Assembly (NCBI GenBank): GCA_040005235.1
Contig: JBDTZG010000019.1
Span: forward strand, 32,144 to 96,143
Length of the DNA: 64,000 nucleotides
DNA from: Acidobacteriota bacterium
GTDB taxonomy: Bacteria; Acidobacteriota; Thermoanaerobaculia; Multivoradales; UBA5704
Direction of reading: 5' to 3'
Shown piece by piece: positions 1-9,030 of this stretch. Both the position numbers and the translations under genes were made by a program. Numbering within the stretch: position 1 is the stretch's first letter; each line of letters begins with the position of its first letter. Below the pieces are notes generated by a model that saw only the letters and a list, made by a program, of their open reading frames with translations, was not told the DNA's origin and ran no database searches.

Positions 1-1
1 G

Positions 2-283
2 GAGGGCTCGGTGCAGCTCGATCCCCGCCGCCTGCTTGCGGCGGTGCGCGCCTTCGCCGGCCGCCAGGGACTCGAATTCGACGACGAGGTGCTGAACGCG
101 CTCCCCGGCATCTCGCTGCTCAACGGCCTCTCGGTCGCCCTGCCGTTCCGTTCGGACGAAAAACAGGCGCTGCTCGAAGCCGAAACCCCTGCCGAGCGCG
201 AAGAGATGCTCCTCACCTTGCTCGGCATGGGCGTCGACTTGGTCGACCTGGAAGATCACTACGTCCCGCCGATCCTCAACTGA
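2..283 (+). CDS. C-terminal part of a LON peptidase substrate-binding-domain protein (5' end outside window)
   Basis: LPFRSDEKQALLEAETPAEREEMLLTLL resembles the C-terminus of stand-alone LON N-domain proteins; ORF is open at the window edge. Confidence 0.65.
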   Translation, partial: EGSVQLDPRRLLAAVRAFAGRQGLEFDDEVLNALPGISLLNGLSVALPFRSDEKQALLEAETPAEREEMLLTLLGMGVDLVDLEDHYVPPILN

Positions 284-290
284 GCTGCTC

Positions 291-1430
291 GTGGGTCCCG
301 GCCTCTACCTCCACGTCCCGTTCTGCTCCGCGATTTGCCCCTACTGCGATTTCGCCGTGCTCACGGGGGGCACCGAAAAACGCCGCCGCTTCGTCGCGTC
401 GCTGCTCGACGAGATCGCCCTCTGGGCCGGCTCCGAATGGAACGGCTTCGATACGATCTACTTCGGCGGCGGAACCCCCTCGGCGCTTGGCACGGAGCAG
501 ATCGGCGAGATCCTTGAAGCCATCTACGCGACCTTTCCGGAAAGCCGTGACGCGCGGATCTTCCTCGAAGCGAACCCGGAGGACGCGAGCCCCGAAGCCT
601 TCGCCGCGCTCCGCGCCCTTGGGCTAGCGACGCTGTCGCTCGGGGTTCAGACCTTCGAGCCCGCTGAGCTGGCCTTCCTGGGCCGCCGCCATACGCCGGA
701 ACAGGCCGAACGCTCATTTCATCTCGCGCGAGAAGCGGGATTCCCGACCGTCTCGGTCGATCTGATCTTCGGCCTCCCCGACCAGGCACCCAGCGCCTGG
801 CGCCGTTCTCTCGAAGCTGCCGTCCGCCTGGGCGCCGATCACGTCTCCTGCTACCAGCTGACGATCCACGAAGGGACCCCATTCGGCTTCCGCCGCGACC
901 GCGGCCAACTCGCCGAAATGCCCGAGCCCGCGCAGGCCGAGATCTTCCACCTCACCCACCAACTTTTGGGCGACGCCGGCTACGAGGCCTACGAAGTCTC
1001 AAACTTCGCCCTCGCCCCGGAACACCGCTCGCGCCACAACCAGAAATACTGGCGCCATGTCCCCTACCTCGGCCTAGGTCCCTCCGCCCACTCCTTCGAC
1101 GGCAAGCGCCGTTGGTGGAACGAACGAAAGCTCGGGCCTTGGGAAGCGAAGATCGAGCAAAGCGAACGGCCGATCGCGGAAGAGGAAACGCTCACCGCCG
1201 GCAATCTGGCGCTCGAAGCTCTGATGCTCGGGCTCCGGACGAAAGAGGGACTCGATCTCCGGGGTTTTCAGGAGCGCTATGGAGTGGATCTCGAAACGAC
1301 GAACGCCGACTTGATCGAGCGGGCCATCGGCAGCAGCCTCCTGATTCGGGAAGGGGAGAGGCTCAAGCCCACTCGCGGGGGCCTTGCGGTAGCCGACGGG
1401 TTGGCGCGGGATTTTGAGGTTGGGAAGTAG
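291..1430 (+). CDS. hemW: Radical SAM heme chaperone HemW (HemN-like)
   Basis: LYLHVPFCSAICPYCDF (CxxxCxxC), YFGGGTPS, YEVSNFA, HNQKYW, YLGLGPSAHS. Confidence 0.9.
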   Translation: MGPGLYLHVPFCSAICPYCDFAVLTGGTEKRRRFVASLLDEIALWAGSEWNGFDTIYFGGGTPSALGTEQIGEILEAIYATFPESRDARIFLEANPEDASPEAFAALRALGLATLSLGVQTFEPAELAFLGRRHTPEQAERSFHLAREAGFPTVSVDLIFGLPDQAPSAWRRSLEAAVRLGADHVSCYQLTIHEGTPFGFRRDRGQLAEMPEPAQAEIFHLTHQLLGDAGYEAYEVSNFALAPEHRSRHNQKYWRHVPYLGLGPSAHSFDGKRRWWNERKLGPWEAKIEQSERPIAEEETLTAGNLALEALMLGLRTKEGLDLRGFQERYGVDLETTNADLIERAIGSSLLIREGERLKPTRGGLAVADGLARDFEVGK

Positions 1431-1490
1431 GGGGCGCACCGCAACTAAGGCCCGGGCGACGGCAGGCGCCGCCCGGTATTTCCCGCCCGG

Positions 1491-2093
1491 CTACTTCTTC
1501 CGATTCGCTACGATCACCATTGACGGCACGAGTTTGCCCGTGGCGTCGGTGTAGAACGACTCGTTCTTGAACGAATCGTCGCTCAGCCAGGTAATGACCG
1601 TCTTGGTCACGGACTTCTGTCCGGACATCGGGTCCATCATGTCGCCCGCGTAGGTGATGCTCTTGCCGTCCGCCGAGGGGTTGCCGGCCATGTACATGAT
1701 CCCGGTGCCCGCGTTGTCGATCCAGGAGACCACGTAATGGTGCGCGAGGTTGTCGTAGCCGTCGGTGCCATGACCTTCAAAGGGCTGGCCCATGAAGGTG
1801 CCTTTCCAGGTCGAGGCGACGTAGCGGCCGCCGAGCATCCACTCGGAGTGGACGGTGCCGGTCGATTCCGCCGGCGGTGCGGTCGGGTCCATGTACATCT
1901 TGAGGCCATAGGTCCAATCGCCGACGTACTTGCCGATCAGCTTGTGCTGCTCGCCGGGGCTCATGGCTTTCATCATCGCTTCCATCATGGCCGGGTCCAT
2001 ACCCTTCGCGGCGGGCGGATCGGCGGCCAAAGCGGTCGCTGCCGGGACCGCGGCGAGCAGGGTGGCGAGGGCTAGGAGCGGAAATCGTTTCAT
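1491..2093 (-). CDS. Secreted DUF1579-family protein
   Basis: Signal peptide; PGEQHK..VGDW, GQPFEGHGTDGYDN, SWIDNAGTG pattern. Confidence 0.75.
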   Translation of the reverse strand: MKRFPLLALATLLAAVPAATALAADPPAAKGMDPAMMEAMMKAMSPGEQHKLIGKYVGDWTYGLKMYMDPTAPPAESTGTVHSEWMLGGRYVASTWKGTFMGQPFEGHGTDGYDNLAHHYVVSWIDNAGTGIMYMAGNPSADGKSITYAGDMMDPMSGQKSVTKTVITWLSDDSFKNESFYTDATGKLVPSMVIVANRKK

Positions 2094-2347
2094 GGCGGGT
2101 TCTCCTTGTGGTGCGTTCTTCTGTGGATCGAGGACCGGCTGCTGAGGGCGGAGCCGGTCGGGCTTGTGCTTACGCTCGGTTTACGCTTACGCTAACAGCG
2201 CGCCTCGGCGTTCGTCAAGAGACTGCTGGGAACCGGCCCGCGAAGGGCCGGGCAGTCCATCCGGGTTACCGTCGGGAATCGTCGGGTATCATCCGCGCCC
2301 GCGGCCCCGGCGAACGCTCGGGCGCCACGAGGAATTTCGAACCGATT

Positions 2348-4252
2348 ATGTCCCAACCGACCTACGACGCCTCCGCCATCGAGGTTTTGACCGGCCTGGA
2401 ACCGGTGCGCAAGCGCCCCGGGATGTACACCCATACCGACCGGCCGGACCACCTGGCGCAAGAGGTGATCGACAACGCGGCCGACGAGGCGATCGCCGGG
2501 CACTGCTCGCTGATCGAGGTCGATTTGTACCAGGACGGCTCGCTCGCGGTCGCGGACGACGGGCGCGGCATGCCGGTCGATCTCCATCCGGGCGAAAAGG
2601 TCTCGGGGGTCGAGGTGATTCTCACCCGTCTGCACGCCGGGGCGAAGTTTTCGGACAAGAGCTACCGCTTCTCGGGTGGCCTCCATGGAGTCGGCGTCTC
2701 GGTCGTGAATGCCCTCTCGAAGCGGCTCGACGTCTGGGTCCGTCGCGGCGGCAAAGAGCACCACATGGCGTTTGCCGACGGGACGAAGATCGAAAAGCTC
2801 GAAGTCGTGGGCACCGTGGGCCAGCGCAACACGGGGACCACCGTCCGCTTCTGGCCCGATCCGAAGTTCTTCGATTCGCCGAAAATGACGGTCGGGAAGA
2901 TCAAACACTCGCTGCGTGCGAAGGCCGTCCTCTGTCCCGGACTGCGCATCCGCTTCCGGCATGAAGGGGCGCCGGACGACGCGGAGGAGTGGTTCTATCA
3001 GGACGGCCTGACCGACTATTTGACCGATGCGCTGGGGTCCGCGGAGCGGATTCCCGATCCGCCGTTCGTCGGCCATTTCAAGGGGAACGACGAAGAGGTC
3101 GACTGGGCCGTGGTTTGGCTGCCGCCGGATGCCGAAACCCCCGACGCCGTGTTGGCCGAGAGCTACGTGAACCTGATCCCCACGGTGCAAGGGGGCACGC
3201 ACGTCAACGGCTTCCGCGCGGGGCTCACCGAAGCGATCCGCGAGTTCTGCGAGTTCCGCGACCTGCTGCCGCGCGGAGTGAAGCTCGCGCCCGAGGACGT
3301 CTGGGGGCGTTGCGCCTATCTCCTCTCGGTCCGTTTGAAGGAGCCGCAGTTCACCGGTCAGACGAAAGAGCGATTGTCCTCGCGCGAGACCGCGGCGTTC
3401 GTCTCGGGCGTCACGCAGGACGCGTTCGGCCTCTGGCTCAACCAACACACGACGGACGCCGAGCGAATCGCCCGCCTGGCGATCGACAGTGCTCAGGCAC
3501 GGCTTCGGGCGGGGAAGAAGGTCCTTCGGAAGACGGTGACCAGCGGGCCGGCGCTGCCGGGCAAGCTCGCCGACTGTTCGAGCCAGGATCTAAGCCAGAC
3601 CGAGCTGTTCCTGGTCGAAGGCGATTCCGCCGGCGGCTCGGCCAAGCAGGCGCGAAGCCGCGAGTTCCAGGCGATCCTGCCGCTTCGCGGAAAGATCCTG
3701 AACACTTGGGAAGTCGATTCAAGCGAGGTGCTGGGTTCGCAGGAGGTCCACGACATCGCGGTGGCGTTGGGGGTCGATCCGGGAAGCGGCAAGATCGACG
3801 GCCTGCGCTACGGCAAGATCTGCATTCTGGCCGATGCGGATTCGGACGGCGCCCACATCGCAACGCTCCTCTGCGCCCTGTTCGTCAAACATTTCCGCGC
3901 CCTGATTGAAGATGGCCGGATCTATGTGGCGATGCCGCCGCTGTTCCGCATCGACGTGGGGAAAGAAGTCCACTACGCCCTCGACGAGCAGGAGAAGAAA
4001 GGCATCCTCGACCGCCTTGCCGCCGAAGGCAAACGCGGCAAGCCGAACGTTCAACGCTTCAAGGGCCTGGGAGAGATGAACCCCCTCCAGCTGCGCGAAA
4101 CCACCATGGCTCCGGATACCAGGCGCCTGGTCCAGCTCAACATCCCGCCCGAGGACGATGTCGAGAAGCTGATGGATTTGCTGCTTGCAAAAGGCAGAAG
4201 CGCCGATAGGCGCGAGTGGCTGACGCGGAAGGGCAACCTGGCGGAGGTATGA
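2348..4252 (+). CDS. parE: DNA topoisomerase IV subunit B
   Basis: YDASAIEVLTGLEPVRKRPGMY, EVIDN, GGLHGVGVSVVNALS, LVEGDSAGGSAKQ, PLRGKILN, DADSDGAHI, RFKGLGEM; start set at ATG 2348. Confidence 0.95.
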   Translation: MSQPTYDASAIEVLTGLEPVRKRPGMYTHTDRPDHLAQEVIDNAADEAIAGHCSLIEVDLYQDGSLAVADDGRGMPVDLHPGEKVSGVEVILTRLHAGAKFSDKSYRFSGGLHGVGVSVVNALSKRLDVWVRRGGKEHHMAFADGTKIEKLEVVGTVGQRNTGTTVRFWPDPKFFDSPKMTVGKIKHSLRAKAVLCPGLRIRFRHEGAPDDAEEWFYQDGLTDYLTDALGSAERIPDPPFVGHFKGNDEEVDWAVVWLPPDAETPDAVLAESYVNLIPTVQGGTHVNGFRAGLTEAIREFCEFRDLLPRGVKLAPEDVWGRCAYLLSVRLKEPQFTGQTKERLSSRETAAFVSGVTQDAFGLWLNQHTTDAERIARLAIDSAQARLRAGKKVLRKTVTSGPALPGKLADCSSQDLSQTELFLVEGDSAGGSAKQARSREFQAILPLRGKILNTWEVDSSEVLGSQEVHDIAVALGVDPGSGKIDGLRYGKICILADADSDGAHIATLLCALFVKHFRALIEDGRIYVAMPPLFRIDVGKEVHYALDEQEKKGILDRLAAEGKRGKPNVQRFKGLGEMNPLQLRETTMAPDTRRLVQLNIPPEDDVEKLMDLLLAKGRSADRREWLTRKGNLAEV

Positions 4253-4301
4253 AGGTGTTAAAGTTTGAGGAGGCGTTCGAAGGAATCGCAAGGAGGAATC
4301 C

Positions 4302-4520
4302 ATGAAGAGCCAAGAGATCGAACCGGAAGCTTCTTCGAGCGAAACTCTCTTCGCGGAGGCTCGCGAGTTCGCCCGACAGCTCCTCGAAGAGCGAGAAAAG
4401 AACGCGCTCCTGCCGCGTAGCGAAGATCCGTTTTTCCTCGACGATGAGGTTTGGGAAGGCCATACGCCTGGGGATGTTGCGCTTCGACACGATGCCTATC
4501 TCTATGGGGACAAGAGTTGA
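4302..4520 (+). CDS. Putative VapB-type antitoxin
   Basis: 72 aa, acidic, C-terminal DVALRHDAYLYG; AGGAGG RBS; stop overlaps the TTG start of the PIN gene. Confidence 0.7.
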   Translation: MKSQEIEPEASSSETLFAEAREFARQLLEEREKNALLPRSEDPFFLDDEVWEGHTPGDVALRHDAYLYGDKS

Positions 4521-4924
4521 TCTTTGTCGATACGGGTCCATTGGTTGCGCGGTATCTCAAGAACGATCAACTCCACGGCGTAGCGGTGGCGATCTGGCAT
4601 GAGCTCGAAAGAGGCCGAGAGTCTTTCGCTCTGAGCAGCCTGGTGCTCGCCGAGACCCTCAATCTATTGTCGCAACGAGCGGATCCGGGATTTGCCGCCA
4701 GAAAAGGCCGCAAACTGATCGGCTCAAATTCCTTTCGGCTCTTCCGTCCGAATCTCGAAGAAGAAGCGAACGCATTGTGGATGATGGAGAAGTTCTCGGA
4801 TCAAGAAGTTGGCTTCACGGACTGTGTCTCTTTCGCATTGATGAAGACCCATCGCATTCGCCGCGTTTTCACTTTCGATCGCCACTTCGACATTCCCGGT
4901 TTCGAGCGTTTCCCTCTCTCCTAG
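4517..4924 (+). CDS. vapC: PIN-domain toxin (VapC family)
   Basis: IFVDTG...VLAETL...GFTDCVSFALM...FTFDRHF acidic PIN residues; TTG start at 4517. Confidence 0.85.
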   Translation: MIFVDTGPLVARYLKNDQLHGVAVAIWHELERGRESFALSSLVLAETLNLLSQRADPGFAARKGRKLIGSNSFRLFRPNLEEEANALWMMEKFSDQEVGFTDCVSFALMKTHRIRRVFTFDRHFDIPGFERFPLS

Positions 4925-4927
4925 CCC

Positions 4928-7195
4928 ATGGCCAAATCAACCCGCACCTCCACCCCGCGCCTGCCGCTTTTGGCGTTTGGCGACGTCGACATCGAGAAGA
5001 TGCGGCTCGGGGAGTTCACCGAGAAGGCGTACCTCGATTATTCGATGTACGTGATTCTGGATCGCGCGCTTCCTTCGTTGACGGATGGGCTGAAACCCGT
5101 GCAGCGGCGGATCATCTATGCGATGTCCGAGCTAGGGCTTTCGGCTGCTTCGAAGCACAAGAAGTCGGCGCGCACGGTGGGCGATGTGCTGGGCAAATAC
5201 CATCCGCATGGCGACTCGGCTTGTTACGAGGCGATGGTGTTGATGGCGCAACCGTTTTCGTTGCGCTATCCGCTGGTCGACGGCCAGGGGAACTGGGGCT
5301 CGCAGGACGATCCGAAATCGTTCGCAGCGATGCGCTATACCGAGGCGCGGCTTACCCGCTTCGCGCAGGTGCTGCTCTCCGAGCTGGGCGAGGGGACCGT
5401 CGAGTGGGGAGCGAATTTCGACGGCACGCTGGATGAGCCGAAGCAGATGCCGGCCCGGCTGCCGCATGTGCTGTTGAACGGGGCCTCCGGAATCGCGGTC
5501 GGCATGGCGACCGACATTCCGCCGCACAACGCGCGGGAGGTGGTGGCCGCCGCGATCCATCTGCTCGATCATCCGAAGGCGACGGTCGAAGATCTCTGCG
5601 AGCACATCGCGGGACCGGACTTTCCGACCGAGGCGGAGATCATCTCGCCGCGGGCAGAGCTGCAAAAGATTTACGAGACGGGAGCGGGTTCCGTGCGCCT
5701 GCGCGCGGCGTGGGAAATGGAAGGCAACGACGTGATCGTCACCGCCCTTCCGTACCAGGTTTCGGGCAGCAAGGTGCTCGCCCAGATCGCGGCGCAGATG
5801 CAGGCCAAGAAGCTGCCGATGGTCGAAGATCTGCGCGACGAGTCGGATCACGAAAATCCGACCCGCCTGGTGATCACGCCGCGCTCGAACCGGGTGGACG
5901 CGGAAGGTCTGATGGCGCACCTGTTCGCGACCACGGAGCTCGAACGGACCTATAGGGTGAATCTGACCATGATCGGCCTCGATGGCCGGCCGCGTCAGTA
6001 CGACCTGCGCTCGATCCTCTCCGAGTGGCTCGAATTCCGGATCGAAACCGTGCGGCGCCGCCTGCGCCATCGCTACGATCAGGTTTTGACCCGGCTCCAC
6101 CTGCTCGAAGGGTTCCTGATCGCCTACCTCAATCTCGACGAGGTAATCCGGATCATCCGCACCGAAGACGAGCCGAAGCTGCGCCTGATCGAGCGTTTCG
6201 CCCTCTCCGACGCGCAGGCCGAGGCAATCCTCGAAACCAAGCTGCGCCACCTCGCGAAGCTCGAAGAGATGAAGATCCGCGGCGAGCGGGCGGACCTGGA
6301 AAAAGAGCGCGCCGATCTGGAGAAGACTTTGTCGTCCGAGGGGCGGCTGAGGAAGAAGGTGCGAGACGAGCTGGAGCGCGACGTAGCGACCTTTGGCGAC
6401 GCGCGCCGCTCGCCGATGGTCGAGCGCGAAGCGGCGAAAGCGATGGCCGAGACCGAGCTGGTCCCTTCCGAGGCGGTGACCGTAATCCTCTCCGAAAAGG
6501 GCTGGGTGCGCGCCGCCAAGGGGCACGAGGTGGACGCGGCGGGTCTGCCCTACAAATCGGGCGACACATTCCTCCAAGCGGCCACCGGCCGGACCAACCA
6601 GTCGGCTCTGTTCCTCGATTCTACGGGACGCTCCTATGCGCTCCCCGCCCACCTGCTCCCCTCGGCCCGAGGCCACGGCGAACCGCTCTCCTCGCAGCTT
6701 CAACCGCCCGACGGCGCCCACTTCGTCGCCCTGTTGATGGGCGCGGATGACGATCTCTATCTCGTCGCCACCTCGGCGGGCTACGGCTTCCTGGTACGCC
6801 TCGGCGAGCTCGCCAGCCGCAACCGGGCGGGCAAAGCGGTCCTGAACGTCACCCCGGGCTCGAAGGTGCTGCCGCCGGTCAAGGTGACCGACCTCGAATC
6901 CAGCCGCCTCGTGGCCGCGACCGACGGTGGCCGGCTCCTCCTCTTCCCGCTCGCCGAAATGCCCGAGCTGGCCCGCGGCAAAGGGGTGAAGATTCTAAAC
7001 CTCTCGACGAAAGAGAAGGAATCGATCGTGGCGCTCGCGGTCCTGCCGCCTGGCGGGCACTTGAAGCTCCACGCCGGCAAACGCTACCTCGCCCTCAGGC
7101 CCGCCGACCTCGAACCGTTCGCCGGGAAACGCGCCGCACGCGGCGCGAAGCTGCCGAGGGGGTTCCAGAATGTGGGGAGCTTGGAGGTCGAGTAG
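4928..7195 (+). CDS. parC: DNA topoisomerase IV subunit A
   Basis: [55 protein letters not shown] catalytic Tyr, C-terminal pinwheel repeats. Confidence 0.95.
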   Translation: MAKSTRTSTPRLPLLAFGDVDIEKMRLGEFTEKAYLDYSMYVILDRALPSLTDGLKPVQRRIIYAMSELGLSAASKHKKSARTVGDVLGKYHPHGDSACYEAMVLMAQPFSLRYPLVDGQGNWGSQDDPKSFAAMRYTEARLTRFAQVLLSELGEGTVEWGANFDGTLDEPKQMPARLPHVLLNGASGIAVGMATDIPPHNAREVVAAAIHLLDHPKATVEDLCEHIAGPDFPTEAEIISPRAELQKIYETGAGSVRLRAAWEMEGNDVIVTALPYQVSGSKVLAQIAAQMQAKKLPMVEDLRDESDHENPTRLVITPRSNRVDAEGLMAHLFATTELERTYRVNLTMIGLDGRPRQYDLRSILSEWLEFRIETVRRRLRHRYDQVLTRLHLLEGFLIAYLNLDEVIRIIRTEDEPKLRLIERFALSDAQAEAILETKLRHLAKLEEMKIRGERADLEKERADLEKTLSSEGRLRKKVRDELERDVATFGDARRSPMVEREAAKAMAETELVPSEAVTVILSEKGWVRAAKGHEVDAAGLPYKSGDTFLQAATGRTNQSALFLDSTGRSYALPAHLLPSARGHGEPLSSQLQPPDGAHFVALLMGADDDLYLVATSAGYGFLVRLGELASRNRAGKAVLNVTPGSKVLPPVKVTDLESSRLVAATDGGRLLLFPLAEMPELARGKGVKILNLSTKEKESIVALAVLPPGGHLKLHAGKRYLALRPADLEPFAGKRAARGAKLPRGFQNVGSLEVE

Positions 7196-7209
7196 ACGGG
7201 TCGCGGTTC

Positions 7210-7258
7210 GCGGCCCAAAGGGTCGCGTTTTCGTTAGCCCAGGCCGACGGCCTGGGTC
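7210..7258. repeat. REP-like palindrome between convergent genes
   Basis: AGCCCAGGCCGACGGCCTGGG hairpin, related to AGCCCGGGGCAACGCCCTGGG at about 32790. Confidence 0.5.
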
Positions 7259-7281
7259 ACCGTGTCGCCATGGTCGCGACC

Positions 7282-8256
7282 CTACGGAATCAGCAACACC
7301 TTCCCCGAACTCTTCCGGCTCTCCAGAAACGCATGCGCCGCGGCGCCTTGGCCGAGGGGGAAGCGGGCGGCGATCGTTACTCGTAGCGCTTCCTGCCGAA
7401 CCCAGCCGAACAGCTCGGCCGCGCGGGTGCGGCGATCCTCTCCGGTGCGTAAGACGTTCCAGAGATCGCCGCCGGTGATTCGCTTCGAGGTGTCCATCAG
7501 CATGCGGGGATCGACGAGCGGCGGGTCCCCTCCGGCCATGCCGAAGAAAACGACGTGGCCGCCGGTCCGGGTTGCGGCGAAGCTTTCGGTGAGGGTAGAG
7601 CCGATCGAATCGTAGACCACGTCGACGCCTTCTCCGTACGAAAAATCTCGGGCCGCCTGAACCCAATCGTCGCCGTAAAGCGCGGTCGCCTCGGCGCCCG
7701 CGGCGAGGATCGCCGCCGCTTTGCCTTCGCCGGAGGTGAGGCCGAGTACCCGGGCACCGAGCCGTTTCGCGATCTGCACCAGCAGCAGACCGACCCCGCC
7801 GGCCGCAGCGTGGACCAGAACGCTCTCCCCGGGTTCGATCGGATGGCTGTCGCGGGTGAGGTATTGGGCGGTAAGCCCTTGGAGCAGAAGTGCCGCGCCG
7901 GTCTCATACGAAATGTCGTCCGGCAACGGAATCAGCTTCTCGAACGGCACGGAAACCAGCTCCGCGTTGGCCAAGGGGCTGTCCGCAAATCCAACCCGGT
8001 CGCCGATTTGAACAGGAGACGCCGCTCCTTCCGCCGGTTCGATCGCCTCGACCACCCCCGCCGCTTCGTACCCCGCGATATAGGGCGGTGCGCCCACCAG
8101 GTGGTAGTTCCCGCGACGGCGATAGACGTCCGCGAAGTTGAGGCCGATCGCGCGGGTTCGCACCAGAGCGTGCCCCGGAGGGAGGATGGGATCGGGGATC
8201 TCGCGGAGCTGGAGCACTTCCGGCCCGCCGAAGCTGTCGAAGACCAGGGCTTTCAT
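7282..8256 (-). CDS. NADPH:quinone oxidoreductase (zeta-crystallin/MDR family)
   Basis: GGPEVL, IGLNFAD, GYEAAG, LLQGLTA, VLVHAAAGGVG, VVYDSIG, GKVLLIP. Confidence 0.9.
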   Translation of the reverse strand: MKALVFDSFGGPEVLQLREIPDPILPPGHALVRTRAIGLNFADVYRRRGNYHLVGAPPYIAGYEAAGVVEAIEPAEGAASPVQIGDRVGFADSPLANAELVSVPFEKLIPLPDDISYETGAALLLQGLTAQYLTRDSHPIEPGESVLVHAAAGGVGLLLVQIAKRLGARVLGLTSGEGKAAAILAAGAEATALYGDDWVQAARDFSYGEGVDVVYDSIGSTLTESFAATRTGGHVVFFGMAGGDPPLVDPRMLMDTSKRITGGDLWNVLRTGEDRRTRAAELFGWVRQEALRVTIAARFPLGQGAAAHAFLESRKSSGKVLLIP

Positions 8257-8260
8257 CTGC

Positions 8261-8440
8261 CTACTCCGCCTTCTCCACCCGCACGTCCAAATCGCCGTAG
8301 CGGTCGCGGTGGATGGTCAGCTCCCAGGGGTTGCAGCAGACTTCGCAGTCTTGCACCTGTTTGCCCCATTGGTCGGATTCGATGGCGACTTCGATCCGCT
8401 CGCCGCAGTAGGGGCACTGGATTTCTACCCAGTCGGTCAT
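8261..8440 (-). CDS. CPXCG-motif cysteine-rich small protein (59 aa; absent from ORF track)
   Basis: Manual translation MTDWVEIQCPYCGERIEVAIESDQWGKQVQDCEVCCNPWELTIHRDRYGDLDVRVEKAE; fills the gap between the EVE and reductase genes. Confidence 0.85.
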   Translation of the reverse strand: MTDWVEIQCPYCGERIEVAIESDQWGKQVQDCEVCCNPWELTIHRDRYGDLDVRVEKAE

Positions 8441-8442
8441 TT

Positions 8443-8964
8443 CTAGGGGGCCTTACGGGGCTTTTTGGCGGGTTGATCGGAGCCAAGTCGCCCGAGCTTT
8501 TTGACGATCTCGAATTCCGGTTTCGCGACCGGCTGGATCGACAGGCGCATGCCTTTGCGGATCACCATCATCTCTTCGAGGCCAGGAGTCACTTTGAGCA
8601 CGTCGAGAGGGATGATCTCGGGGAACTTCTCGATGAACTTGACGTCGACCATGTACCAGGTCGGGTTTTCGGGATCGCTCTTCGGATCGAAATAGTCGTG
8701 CTTCGCCTCGAAGGCGAACGAGTCGGGGTAGGCCGCGCGCGAGACTTCCGCCAGGCCGGCGACTCCCGACGGCACCGAATTCGAGGCGTAGAACAGCACC
8801 CCGTCGCCGACCTGGAAATCGTCGCGCAGGTAGTTGCGCGCTTGGAAGTTCCGCACGCCTTCCCAGGAGGTCGAGCCGTCGCGCGCGAGGTCGTCGATCG
8901 AATAGGCCTCGGGCTCGCATTTCATCAGCCAGTAGCGCTTGGACGGGAGCTTGGCGCGGGGCAT
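8443..8964 (-). CDS. EVE domain protein
   Basis: YWLMKCEP..YSIDDL, WEGVRNFQARN, GDGVLFYAS, YFDPKS, WYMVDV, RLSIQPV. Confidence 0.9.
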   Translation of the reverse strand: MPRAKLPSKRYWLMKCEPEAYSIDDLARDGSTSWEGVRNFQARNYLRDDFQVGDGVLFYASNSVPSGVAGLAEVSRAAYPDSFAFEAKHDYFDPKSDPENPTWYMVDVKFIEKFPEIIPLDVLKVTPGLEEMMVIRKGMRLSIQPVAKPEFEIVKKLGRLGSDQPAKKPRKAP

Positions 8965-8984
8965 GGAGAAAGTCTCCGGAAATG

Positions 8985-9013
8985 AAAAAGGGCCCGCTCG
9001 GCAGAGCGGGCCC
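8985..9013 (-). terminator. Rho-independent terminator after the DEAD-box gene
   Basis: GGGCCCGCTC-GGCA-GAGCGGGCCC stem with an A-run on the left (U-tract on minus strand). Confidence 0.75.
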
Positions 9014-9030
9014 ATTCGACAAAAAACGCC

